In this document: piece after piece, positions 32,391-44,800 of the stretch | How the letters are laid out: each line of letters starts with the position of its first letter | Numbering within the stretch: the stretch's first letter is position 1 | NCBI GenBank assembly: GCA_964019335.1 | Contig: OZ025747.1 | Coordinates: 186,001 to 250,000 of the forward strand | DNA length: 64,000 nt | From: Diplonema japonicum | Taxonomy: Eukaryota > Protista > Euglenozoa: Diplonemea | Reading direction: 5' to 3' | Notes under the pieces: model-generated | Told to the model about the DNA's origin: nothing | The model's database searches: none | Seen by the model: the letters and a program-made list of their open reading frames with translations, nothing else | Translations under genes and position numbers: made by a program

Positions 32391-33379
32391 GTATTCTTCC
32401 GTCATGTTATGCCCAGCGAATTCTCTTCTTCTTTTTTTTTTTTTTTTTTTTTCTTACAAGAAGGTGGCGGGTCATTGATGGTTGTTTTATTTACTCTATT
32501 TTTTTTCTTTTTTTTTTATATCCATTTTTTTCTAAAGTCTTTGCTGCAACGGTTAGCACGGGTTATGTCTTTGTGGTCTGTATGATTTTTTTTTTTTTTT
32601 TCTTTTGGTTTAAAAAAAAAATTGAGAGAGAGAGGGGGTCATACCTGTTCCATTTTAAAAACCTTCTTCTACACTTTACAACATTTACCTTCACCCCACC
32701 CCCTTTTGCCTCATGGTGAGAGATCCCTTTTGTTTTCTCCTTTATTTCTCCAGGAAGAGCATTCCAGCTCTCTTGTAGGTATGGATGGAAACGAAATGCC
32801 GGAAAAAGGGAAATTTAAAAAAAAAAAAAAAAGAAGCGACACCATAGCAAAATGAAACTAAATCCCCCATATTTACGTTCATCGGGGAAGAAAAAAAAAA
32901 AGAGAATTTAGGAACACGAAAAACGAGAAAAAAAAAAAGAAGAAGGAGAAAACGAAAAATAATGCTTAAAAAAAAAAAAAAAAAAACTAAAATACAGACA
33001 CATCTGACCCGTGTGCGAGCAGCTGAAAAATTTGATCTTTTTTATTTTATTTCCCTTTTCTTTTTTTTATATTTCTTTTTCTTCTGCCTCCCTCATTTGC
33101 TGGAATACGATAATAAATAATATCTTTTTTTATATAAAAAAAAAAAGGTTTTTTTATTTTTTCAACCTATTCCTCCCTTTTCTTTTTTTTTTTCTTTTTT
33201 GTTCTTCTTCTTTTTTTTTTTATCTTTCTATAGTACCTCCTCATTCCCCCTTTTTTTTTTTCCACTTTTTACCCCTGTTCTCCTACAGAGGGGGGAAAAA
33301 AAAAAAAAACAACATCAAACACCAGTGGAAAATTGTGACAAACAACACAAAAGAAAAAAAAAAAAGAAAACAATGGGCA

Positions 33380-33754
33380 ATGTCTGATAGTGTCGACTCA
33401 CCGGTAGTAGGCGAAGGTAGGTTGGAAGGCCTAGGTTTTGAAAGCCCGAGCCTGAGCGAACAAAGAATAGAACAGCTGGAGAAAACAACGGAGTGGCTCC
33501 TCCAAGCACTGGAGGAGGACAGGCACCTTCTTGTTGAAGTAGTCAGGGAGGTAGGAGGGGTTTCGGAGCTCTTAGCCGAACACCGTGCTCTCACCAGCCC
33601 GGTGCACACTGCCTATCCACCCACACCCACATCTGCTCCATTCTCTTCCCCACAATTTTTCATAGGGAGATCCCTCCCACGATCCCCCCCCAACCTAAAC
33701 CACCTCATGACGGACAGCGCCGTGTCGTTCATTGGAAGCAGCGTTCCGTTTTGA
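33380..33754 (+). CDS. Small hypothetical coiled-coil protein (124 aa)
   Basis: Coding-like island between homopolymer spacers; heptad RIEQLEKTTEWLLQAL. Confidence 0.7.
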   Translation: MSDSVDSPVVGEGRLEGLGFESPSLSEQRIEQLEKTTEWLLQALEEDRHLLVEVVREVGGVSELLAEHRALTSPVHTAYPPTPTSAPFSSPQFFIGRSLPRSPPNLNHLMTDSAVSFIGSSVPF

Positions 33755-33899
33755 GGGGGGGGGGGAAATGAAAAAAAAAAATGTAAAATGTAAATATATG
33801 CACCCTCTTTGTACTGTTTTTTTTTTTTTTTTTTTTTTTTCCCACTCCCAAGATTCAAGGTCGAAGGCGGGGAGACGGGTGAGGAGGAGGGGGAAGGGG

Positions 33900-33930
<31 letters not shown>

Positions 33931-33936
33931 AGAGAA

Positions 33937-35738
33937 ATGGCGAAATTCATGAACATGCTCGAGTCCGCTCTCGAGACGTTGGATGAGAAGGCGGAACAGA
34001 TCGGAGAGAAGGTGAACGAGGGAACCGAGGAGAGCAAACCTAAGGAGACGCTCCCGTTACCACCGCTGCCCGCGGAGGTGTATGGCGAAGAGCACGAAGA
34101 ACTAGTGAGGAAGAGAGGGGAGATAGAAAAACGGAAAGGGGAAGGGGAGGAACAAACCCGTGAGGAGATCGACCTGCTGACCGCAGAAAAGGACGCATTA
34201 AAAAAAACAAACGAGACAAAGGCAGAAAGAATAGCCCAGCTAGAAACACTCATTGAAGAAACAAAAACACGAACACACCAGCAAATCTCAACGCTACTAG
34301 ACCAAAAGGACACCGCAGAGAAGGAATGGCACGCTGCTTCCTTAACACGGGACACAACGCTAAAGGAGCTTCACGCTCAGTACGACGGGGCTGTCGACGC
34401 CATGAGGCAGAAGGACGAGTTCATTGCCTCTATACAAGCAAAGTCAGAAGACTGGCTCCTCGAAAAAGAAAAGCTGACGAACGAGCACCACCAGCTGACA
34501 GAAGGCCTTAAAAACGAACTGCACGAAACAACCATCAAAATGGAATCGGAAAGCAAACTATCTGCCCAGCTTCAGGAACGGGTCGAATCCGCTGAGCTGG
34601 AGGTCACCGAGCTTCAACGTGAAGTATGGGTGGGAAAAAAAAAAGAAAAAAAAAAAAAAAAAAACCAAAACAGCTTGACAGTAAAGAAGAAGACGCCCGT
34701 GCTGCAAGTGCATTGATACAAACTAAAGAGCTTCAAATAAGAAGTGGGGTGCAGGAATTGGAACAGTACAAAGCCAGGGTCAGCAAAGTTGTCACGGACA
34801 GGGAAGAGGAGGTCAAACTTCTTCGGGAAAAAATCGCATCCTTAATGGAGGGCGGCATCCCACCCCCCTCATCCGAGAAATCTCCGTACGAGCAGGAGAA
34901 CAAAAACCTCAAAATTCAAATCGAGAAACTAGAAACCGCGCTTGAAGACGCCAAGAGGGAGGCGACGAACTATGTTCTTTTGAAAGATCACGAGCAGGCT
35001 GCGTTGAAACGCAAAGCGGATGAAGCCGCTCTGCAGTTGGACATAAAAATACAAGAAATGACCGGATTGGAGGCACTGTTAAGCCGGAACCAAGAGGAAC
35101 ACCTTCAACAGACTCAGGAAGGTCTCAAAGCGAAATCGAACGCAAGCACACTTTTAAGGGAGAAGGAGATATCGATACAACAGCTGGAGAAAAAACTAAA
35201 CCAGAAAGAGGACGCAGGCGCCACATCCGATTTGGCCGTGAAATGCCAGAAGTTGGGACAGAGCTTGCTAGAGAAGCAATCGATGCTAGAGACCAGGACG
35301 ATGGAGGTGGAACAGAGTCAAATGAAATTAAGGGGTGCCTTGCAGAAAATCAAGGAACTTGAGTCCCTGTCTCAGCCAGCCACCACTACCTACCGAGCGC
35401 GTGACATAGAGGCGCAGGAGATTCCCGACCTGGCGCCTTACCACGTGCGCAACTCCCTGTTCCTTCAAAACATCTCCCGGAGATCTGCATTTGGCAAGAA
35501 TCTCACCTCCGTCGCCACCAACATCGACAACTTTACCATAAAAACAGCCCGCGTCCTCCGGCGCCACGCGCTGCTCCGACTTGGTGTTGTGGTATGCATT
35601 GCAACTTTTGATCTAAAAACCCTCCCTCCACAGATTTACATTACCCTTCTCCACCTATGGATGTTCCTGTTCACTGGGATGGTCCTCCCCCAGGGAACAC
35701 CAACTGTTTTAAACACCGATGTTTCTGGGAGCCACTGA
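33937..35738 (+). CDS. Golgin-84/CASP-like tail-anchored coiled-coil protein; introns 34624-34673 and 35592-35633
   Basis: N-terminal LESALETLDEKA, a long coiled coil, and a C-terminal TM LRLGVV|IYITLLHLWMF after splicing. Confidence 0.85.
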
Positions 35739-35873
35739 AAAAAAAAAAAAAAAAAAAAACATTTTTGAGAGAGATGGGGTTGTTTTTTTATTTTTTCTCT
35801 TTTTTTTTTTTTTTTTTCTTTTTACATTCTCATCTTCAAAAGGTGGGGGAAAAAAAAAAAAAAAAAAAAAAAA

Positions 35874-37375
35874 ATGGGCGCGGTTGTAGGAGAGGTTTTG
35901 GGATGGTTGAAAATGAGCGCGGTGCACGAGAAAATGGAGGCGAACGGGTTTGAGGATTTTGAAATGGTGCTGAAGTGCACACAGGAGGAGCTCGTGGACG
36001 ATCTAGCCCTGGACCAGTCGACCGCGAAGAAACTGACGAACATAGCAACCCTGCATTGCTGGCTCGCGGAACGACGGCTAGAGGAATACACAAAGGGAAT
36101 CTTCGAAAGCACAGTACTCACACTGGCAAAACTCGCCGAGTGCAGAACTGACGATTCCGTACAAGAACTGGGCGTGCACAAGCTGGGACACCGCAAAAAA
36201 CTTCTAGAGGAACTGGAAAAACACCGAGAAGCAGAAAACAAAAAAAGAGTCCAGCTCATATCTGAAAAATGCGGGGAAGACGTACGGAAACAAATACGTG
36301 CTGTTCTCTGCAACGTAACCGAGGCCGACAAACCGGTGGCAAATTTGTTACGCGGTTTTAAAATGACGAAACGAGCGTTTGAAACCCCGAGTATAAAAGC
36401 ACCCGAGTACCCCGGTCTCATCATCAGCCCCAGTATACCCGAGCGACAACCGATCGAGGTTCCGAACTGGAAGCCCGAGGAGGAATTCGTGGAAACAGAA
36501 GAGATCGGCCACGGATCCTTCGGCAGAGTATTCAAGGTTGTTTCAGGAACCGGTGTCTTCTTCGCTCTCAAGAAGATCCCATTAGTCACAGAGGACGATG
36601 TGTGCCGTGAATATGAAATTTTAAAGAGGTTGTCTCATCCTAACATTATAAAGGTCCACCATTTGTACCGCACGCCTGGAGAGGATGGCCAGCCTCCTAT
36701 CTTGAACATTGTGATGACGTTGTGCGGGACAACCGAGCTAAACACGCTGATGGACCTGAAGTCACCCCGTGCGTTGCGTTTCTACACCGTGCAGCTAATT
36801 GATGGGTTGAATTATCTGCACTTCAAAGGGATCATCCACAGCGACATCAAACCGAATAATATTTTGGTCAGCGGTATTAACAGATTGAAACTAACCGATT
36901 TTGGTTTGTCGCGTGTTCAAAACCCGAAAAAGGGCCAGGAAGTGTGCGAGGCTGAGAATACCGGCGGCGGCACCTTAGTCTACAAATCTCCAAAGCTCGT
37001 CAACGACGGGCAGCACACCAAGCAGTCTGACATCTGGGCGTTCACCTGCACGGTCCTCGAGCTGGCCACCGGGGAGCCTCCTTGGAAAAACAAAAAATTT
37101 CGCAACGCCGGTCAGCTCACCTTCTTCCTCGGAAACTGTTGGGAAACGCACGAGATACCTTCCCTAGAAAAGCTCAGCAACGACACCGAGCTGCAGTCTT
37201 TCCTGACCTTGGGCTTCGAAGCGGAACGATGTGGTATGAAGAAAGGGGGGGGAAAAGGAGAAAAAAAAAAAGAAATCCCACAGGGCACGACTGCGAGACG
37301 TTGTTAAAACACGAAATGCTCGGCGCCGACAAGCCAGCCGTTCGAGAAGCTCGCGCGCTGTCGGAAACTGTCTAA
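35874..37375 (+). CDS. SAM-SAM-Ser/Thr kinase (STE11/MAPKKK-like, non-RD), copy 1; intron 37234-37283
   Basis: SAM motif LGVHKLGHRKKLL; kinase motifs GHGSFGRV, ALKK, HSDIKPNN, DFG and SDIW. The spliced end reads CETLLKHEML. Confidence 0.92.
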
Positions 37376-37580
37376 AAACGGGGGGGAGGGGAGTATTATT
37401 TAAATGTAATCTGTTCAAATGAATTAAAAAAAAATGTGTTTTGTGTTTGTTAACCTACCTTAATTTTTCTTGAAAATTTCCGGTAAATCTTTGTCATCAT
37501 CAAAAAAAAAAAAAAAAAAAAAAAAACTAGGCGGCAAAGGGGCGGGGGTGGGCGGGGGGGAAGGGGGAAAGGCCACCGGA

Positions 37581-39650
37581 ATGTCTCAAGGAGGCAACGT
37601 AGTAAGAAGTTTCGGGGATTTGCAATGCGCCCTGGCCGAGCAGATCGCGGTGGAGAACGATGAGCTGAGGGAGGACATCACCATGTTTCTAGAGGCGCCG
37701 CGAAAATACTGGGGTAAACAACTGTGGAAAACGTCGTTGAGGGGAGCGGCATGGGAGCAATGGAGAGCAGAAGAAGCAGCAATTGTTCACGACGAGCCAA
37801 GGATTGTGTTCTGGATTGAAAAGCTCGCCTCTGCCTTGAACTTAACAGGACCCGACGCGCAGAAAATATCACTTCTCTGCAACCCTTCATACGTATCTCA
37901 AGTAGGACGGGACGGCTCCGACACACAATTCGCCTCCTCAGCGTTCACTCATCAAGTGGTTAGGTACTATTACCACGAGCGGTGTGCAAAAATTTACTGC
38001 AAGTGTCTGTTGTTGCAGGCTGTTCCGCAGACAGGGCTTGAGTTCCAGGAGTCTCTACACAACCGAAGGGAAGCGATCGAGCATCTTACTGGCGACACCC
38101 CGTTCCCCATTGACCCAGCTAGTAGTTCACGGACAGATCTGTTCCGTGCTGAGCGTGACCGGCAACGTTGTGCTGAACACTCTGCGCTTCTCCACTACCT
38201 CCTGTGCCTCTTTCATTACGACCAGCCACCGCCGCCTGCCGATCTTGTTAAAGAACTGTCGTGTATGTTGACGTCCAACCCGCACTCCCTTCTCCACACC
38301 TTCAACAAAAGTAAAACGGGCCAGGGGTTCGTGATACCCGCCTCGCGTTTCCGCACGGTTTTCACCGCGTGGGTCGTGCAGTGCCTTGTTTCCGTGTACC
38401 CTTTAAACCAGTACAGCACGCTGCAATCCTTGCTCGAACCGCCACTCTACAACACTCTTCTAGAGCTTGAAGGCCCCGAGGGATCCCTTGTCCACCTTGT
38501 CATGATGTGCGTGGACCATGGTATTTCAGGGTACCCCTCACACCACGTGGTCTGCCATGGATTGTCCATGCTGCAGTACCTTATCACGGGGAAGTACACG
38601 GCACCGCCTGGACATGCCGAAACGGAGACGACATTACCGGGGTTGGACATGAAAAGCTTCACGTTCATCAAGGAGCCGATGAAGAGCTTAGCGAGGAAAG
38701 TTCTTGCGATTGTGAACACGGTGATCCCGCCGAAGAAGGCGACGGAGACGGTACTGCTGATCATGACAAGGGTGGCGATTGTCGCGAAGGCGGACGACGA
38801 GATAACATCTGTTCCGGATGAGTACACGCCCCCCTCGTTGCTTCAGGAGTTGTCAAGAACAGCTGGTTGGCTGTTCCCGTCATGTCTCTCAACAACTGCT
38901 CTCTTCGAGCTTGTCGCGTCATGCCCACCATCGCATCAGGACGAGTGGTGGACGTGCCTTCGTGTCGTCGATAAAACCGCCATCTCGTACCCCTTCGACC
39001 AGCAGGTCAGCGAGCACCTCGACCGCTCGCAGCGTATCCTCGCCGACCTTCCTGACGATGCCACCATGCACGAGATCATCTCTCTGCCTTCCGAAAAGGA
39101 GCGTGTTCAAGGCGACCGCGTGCCCGTTAAGCTAGGCGCATGGTGCGCACCCATGGCGCCCATCCCCAACATGAAAGCGGCCGAGGAAGCCGAACGCCGC
39201 ATCCGCCAACGATTAGAGGGCAGCGACTACCCGCAACAGCAGATCTTCGCCGTGTGGAAGCTCCCTGAAGACAATTATATTAACGGTTGGATGTGGATGT
39301 GCATTAGATGCCTGCACATCCTGCAGCTGGGACGGAGGGTCGAACCCCAGACCGACAAATGGTTGGTCCCCTACCTTGAGCTCGTGAACTCCATCATCCC
39401 GCTCTTCCACGTCATGATGTGCGGGATGAACCCCGACCCAGATGAAGAGCTTGTGCATTTCACGAACGGGGGGCATGCTAAATTGCAGGAGTTGGAAAGT
39501 TATTTCCAGGAAATCCAAAAGGTGCTGGATTCGACGTTTCAGAGCACGTGGTCGTTGCCATGGGTGCTGACTGAAGTACTGGCGAACCTGGTGGAGTGGC
39601 AAGAGGCGAAATGCTACTCGCAGCGTGCGACGCTGGTGAAGAGCGCGTGA
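37581..39650 (+). pseudogene. Truncated 5' duplicate of the large gene at 41829
   Basis: Identical to the 5' part of the full gene up to the junction, then TGA immediately after it. Confidence 0.85.
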
Positions 39651-39984
39651 CATAGAGGCGCAGGAGATTCCCGACCTGGCGCCTTACCACGTGCGCAACT
39701 CCCTGTTCCTTCAAAACATCTCCCGGAGATCTGCATTTGGCAAGAATCTCACCTCCGTCGCCACCAACATCGACAACTTTACCATAAAAACAGCCCGCGT
39801 CCTCCGGCGCCACGCGCTGCTCCGACTTGGTGTTGTGGTATGCATTGCAACTTTTGATCTAAAAACCCTCCCTCCACAGATTTACATTACCCTTCTCCAC
39901 CTATGGATGTTCCTGTTCACTGGGATGGTCCTCCCCCAGGGAACACCAACTGTTTTAAACACCGATGTTTCTGGGAGCCACTGA
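39645..39984 (+). pseudogene. Orphan 3' fragment of the golgin gene
   Basis: Duplicate of 35399-35738 with no start codon of its own. Confidence 0.85.
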
Positions 39985-40121
39985 AAAAAAAAAAAAAAAA
40001 AAAAAACATTTTTGAGAGAGATGGGGTTGTTTTTTTATTTTTTCTCTTTTTTTTTTTTTTTTTTCTTTTTACATTCTCATCTTCAAAAGGTGGGGGAAAA
40101 AAAAAAAAAAAAAAAAAAAAA

Positions 40122-41623
40122 ATGGGCGCGGTTGTAGGAGAGGTTTTGGGATGGTTGAAAATGAGCGCGGTGCACGAGAAAATGGAGGCGAACGGGTTTG
40201 AGGATTTTGAAATGGTGCTGAAGTGCACACAGGAGGAGCTCGTGGACGATCTAGCCCTGGACCAGTCGACCGCGAAGAAACTGACGAACATAGCAACCCT
40301 GCATTGCTGGCTCGCGGAACGACGGCTAGAGGAATACACAAAGGGAATCTTCGAAAGCACAGTACTCACACTGGCAAAACTCGCCGAGTGCAGAACTGAC
40401 GATTCCGTACAAGAACTGGGCGTGCACAAGCTGGGACACCGCAAAAAACTTCTAGAGGAACTGGAAAAACACCGAGAAGCAGAAAACAAAAAAAGAGTCC
40501 AGCTCATATCTGAAAAATGCGGGGGAGACGTACGGAAACAAATACGTGCTGTTCTCTGCAACGTAACCGAGGCCGACAAACCGGTGGCAAATTTGTTACG
40601 CGGTTTTAAAATGACGAAACGAGCGTTTGAAACCCCGAGTATAAAAGCACCCGAGTACCCCGGTCTCATCATCAGCCCCAGTATACCCGAGCGACAACCG
40701 ATCGAGGTTCCGAACTGGAAGCCCGAGGAGGAATTCGTGGAAACAGAAGAGATCGGCCACGGATCCTTCGGCAGAGTATTCAAGGTTGTTTCAGGAACCG
40801 GTGTCTTCTTCGCTCTCAAGAAGATCCCATTAGTCACAGAGGACGATGTGTGCCGTGAATATGAAATTTTAAAGAGGTTGTCTCATCCTAACATTATAAA
40901 GGTCCACCATTTGTACCGCACGCCTGGAGAGGATGGCCAGCCTCCTATCTTGAACATTGTGATGACGTTGTGCGGGACAACCGAGCTAAACACGCTGATG
41001 GACCTGAAGTCACCCCGTGCGTTGCGTTTCTACACCGTGCAGCTAATTGATGGGTTGAATTATCTGCACGGCAAAGGGATCATCCACAGCGACATCAAAC
41101 CGAATAATGTTTTGGTCAGCGGTGTTAACAGATTGAAACTAACCGATTTTGGTTTGTCGCGTGTTCAAAACCCGAAAAAGGGCCAGGAAGTGTGCGAGGC
41201 TGAGAATACCGGCGGCGGCACCTTAGTCTACAAATCTCCAAAGCTCGTCAACGACGGGCAGCACACCAAGCAGTCTGACATCTGGGCGTTCACCTGCACG
41301 GTCCTCGAGCTGGCCACCGGGGAGCCTCCTTGGAAAAACAAAAAATTTCGCAACGCCGGTCAGCTCACCTTCTTCCTCGGAAACTGTTGGGAAACGCACG
41401 AGATACCTTCCCTAGAAAAGCTCAGCAACGACACCGAGCTGCAGTCTTTCCTGACCTTGGGCTTCGAAGCGGAACGATGTGGTATGAAGAAAGGGGGGGG
41501 AAAAGGAGAAAAAAAAAAAGAAATCCCACAGGGCACGACTGCGAGACGTTGTTAAAACACGAAATGCTCGGCGCCGACAAGCCAGCCGTTCGAGAAGCTC
41601 GCGCGCTGTCGGAAACTGTCTAA
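40122..41623 (+). CDS. SAM-SAM-Ser/Thr kinase, copy 2; intron 41482-41531
   Basis: Same as copy 1, with 4 amino-acid differences. Confidence 0.92.
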
Positions 41624-41828
41624 AAACGGGGGGGAGGGGAGTATTATTTAAATGTAATCTGTTCAAATGAATTAAAAAAAAATGTGTTTTGTGTTTGTTA
41701 ACCTACCTTAATTTTTCTTGAAAATTTCCGGTAAATCTTTGTCATCATCAAAAAAAAAAAAAAAAAAAAAAAAACTAGGCGGCAAAGGGGCGGGGGTGGG
41801 CGGGGGGGAAGGGGGAAAGGCCACCGGA

Positions 41829-44800
41829 ATGTCTCAAGGAGGCAACGTAGTAAGAAGTTTCGGGGATTTGCAATGCGCCCTGGCCGAGCAGATCGCGGTG
41901 GAGAACGATGAGCTGAGGGAGGACATCACCATGTTTCTAGAGGCGCCGCGAAAATACTGGGGTAAACAACTGTGGAAAACGTCGTTGAGGGGAGCGGCAT
42001 GGGAGCAATGGAGAGCAGAAGAAGCAGCAATTGTTCACGACGAGCCAAGGATTGTGTTCTGGATTGAAAAGCTCGCCTCTGCCTTGAACTTAACAGGACC
42101 CGACGCGCAGAAAATATCACTTCTCTGCAACCCTTCATACGTATCTCAAGTAGGACGGGACGGCTCCGACACACAATTCGCCTCCTCAGCGTTCACTCAT
42201 CAAGTGGTTAGGTACTATTACCACGAGCGGTGTGCAAAAATTTACTGCAAGTGTCTGTTGTTGCAGGCTGTTCCGCAGACAGGGCTTGAGTTCCAGGAGT
42301 CTCTACACAACCGAAGGGAAGCGATCGAGCATCTTACTGGCGACACCCCGTTCCCCATTGACCCAGCTAGTAGTTCACGGACAGATCTGTTCCGTGCTGA
42401 GCGTGACCGGCAACGTTGTGCTGAACACTCTGCGCTTCTCCACTACCTCCTGTGCCTCTTTCATTACGACCAGCCACCGCCGCCTGCCGATCTTGTTAAA
42501 GAACTGTCGTGTATGTTGACGTCCAACCCGCACTCCCTTCTCCACACCTTCAACAAAAGTAAAACGGGCCAGGGGTTCGTGATACCCGCCTCGCGTTTCC
42601 GCACGGTTTTCACCGCGTGGGTCGTGCAGTGCCTTGTTTCCGTGTACCCTTTAAACCAGTACAGCACGCTGCAATCCTTGCTCGAACCGCCACTCTACAA
42701 CACTCTTCTAGAGCTTGAAGGCCCCGAGGGATCCCTTGTCCACCTTGTCATGATGTGCGTGGACCATGGTATTTCAGGGTACCCCTCACACCACGTGGTC
42801 TGCCATGGATTGTCCATGCTGCAGTACCTTATCACGGGGAAGTACACGGCACCGCCTGGACATGCCGAAACGGAGACGACATTACCGGGGTTGGACATGA
42901 AAAGCTTCACGTTCATCAAGGAGCCGATGAAGAGCTTAGCGAGGAAAGTTCTTGCGATTGTGAACACGGTGATCCCGCCGAAGAAGGCGACGGAGACGGT
43001 ACTGCTGATCATGACAAGGGTGGCGATTGTCGCGAAGGCGGACGACGAGATAACATCTGTTCCGGATGAGTACACGCCCCCCTCGTTGCTTCAGGAGTTG
43101 TCAAGAACAGCTGGTTGGCTGTTCCCGTCATGTCTCTCAACAACTGCTCTCTTCGAGCTTGTCGCGTCATGCCCACCATCGCATCAGGACGAGTGGTGGA
43201 CGTGCCTTCGTGTCGTCGATAAAACCGCCATCTCGTACCCCTTCGACCAGCAGGTCAGCGAGCACCTCGACCGCTCGCAGCGTATCCTCGCCGACCTTCC
43301 TGACGATGCCACCATGCACGAGATCATCTCTCTGCCTTCCGAAAAGGAGCGTGTTCAAGGCGACCGCGTGCCCGTTAAGCTAGGCGCATGGTGCGCACCC
43401 ATGGCGCCCATCCCCAACATGAAAGCGGCCGAGGAAGCCGAACGCCGCATCCGCCAACGATTAGAGGGCAGCGACTACCCGCAACAGCAGATCTTCGCCG
43501 TGTGGAAGCTCCCTGAAGACAATTATATTAACGGTTGGATGTGGATGTGCATTAGATGCCTGCACATCCTGCAGCTGGGACGGAGGGTCGAACCCCAGAC
43601 CGACAAATGGTTGGTCCCCTACCTTGAGCTCGTGAACTCCATCATCCCGCTCTTCCACGTCATGATGTGCGGGATGAACCCCGACCCAGATGAAGAGCTT
43701 GTGCATTTCACGAACGGGGGGCATGCTAAATTGCAGGAGTTGGAAAGTTATTTCCAGGAAATCCAAAAGGTGCTGGATTCGACGTTTCAGAGCACGTGGT
43801 CGTTGCCATGGGTGCTGACTGAAGTACTGGCGAACCTGGTGGAGTGGCAAGAGGCGAAATGCTACTCGCAGCGTGCGACGCTGGTGAAGAGCTGTTCGAC
43901 TACCTTGAAGTCTCTGCTGAGAATATCGCGTTCGAAGAGCGTGCAAGGGAACAAGTCCTTATCGAACAACGTGACGGAGTCGGTGGTGTCGTCACTAAGG
44001 TCTTTGTTTCACCCTGGGAAGCAAACCAGCAGGTCGCCCCTTCTGCACCTGTTCTGGGTTGTCGAAGCGGCAAACAAACGATGCTCTTGCACATATGGTG
44101 TCGTGTCGCTCGTTAAAGAGCTGCTCAGCGACTCCAACGACTACTACTACTTCGGCGCCGATCTTCTCGAGATAGCCTCCTATGTTTGTGAGATTTTCAC
44201 AGACCTCAGCAACCAGTGGTACCACAATGCCGATGAGCAATGGGAGCTCACCCACGACTGTCTCCATACCATCATCAGCGTCATCAAGCAGACGAGGCTT
44301 CAGAGAACTCTCCCTAAAGTCCCCAGCCCTCCTGAAACCCCAGTCATCAACCATCTCATCCACCACAACAGAATGGGCCGTGCCCTCGCCGACACCATCG
44401 GTCGCGCCTGCAACTCCATCTACGACGTCGACAGAACCGACAAGGGACCCTCGGCATCGCTTGCTAGCAAGGTCTTGCTTCTCGCTCTGCAGCTCACCGA
44501 GTACGGCTTGGAGGCTTGCGACGACGCTGTAAAGCAAGGCCAGCCCCTGCCAGCGTTAGGAAAACTACTGTGTGAGACGGAGACAGGTGTCTCGCTGAAG
44601 GTAGGCGATAATTTCACCGTCCCTGCCCTCACATTCCACGTGGCAGCGTACGGTCCTGACGACATGACACGCATCCAGGCATGCCGTACCTTTGGTGTGC
44701 TGTGCACAGTTGCGCAGAGTGGGTCGTTGCTGCGTCATGTGGGATACCGTGCGGTGTCGACGGGGAAGAAGATCTTGACAGACATCGACCCCGAAGGCCC

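Larger units (their letters stand above)
35395..43892 (+). repeat. Direct tandem duplication with a unit of about 4.25 kb (35395-39640; 39641-43892)
   Basis: The copies are essentially identical. GAGC microhomology occurs at 35395, 39641 and 43889. Confidence 0.97.
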
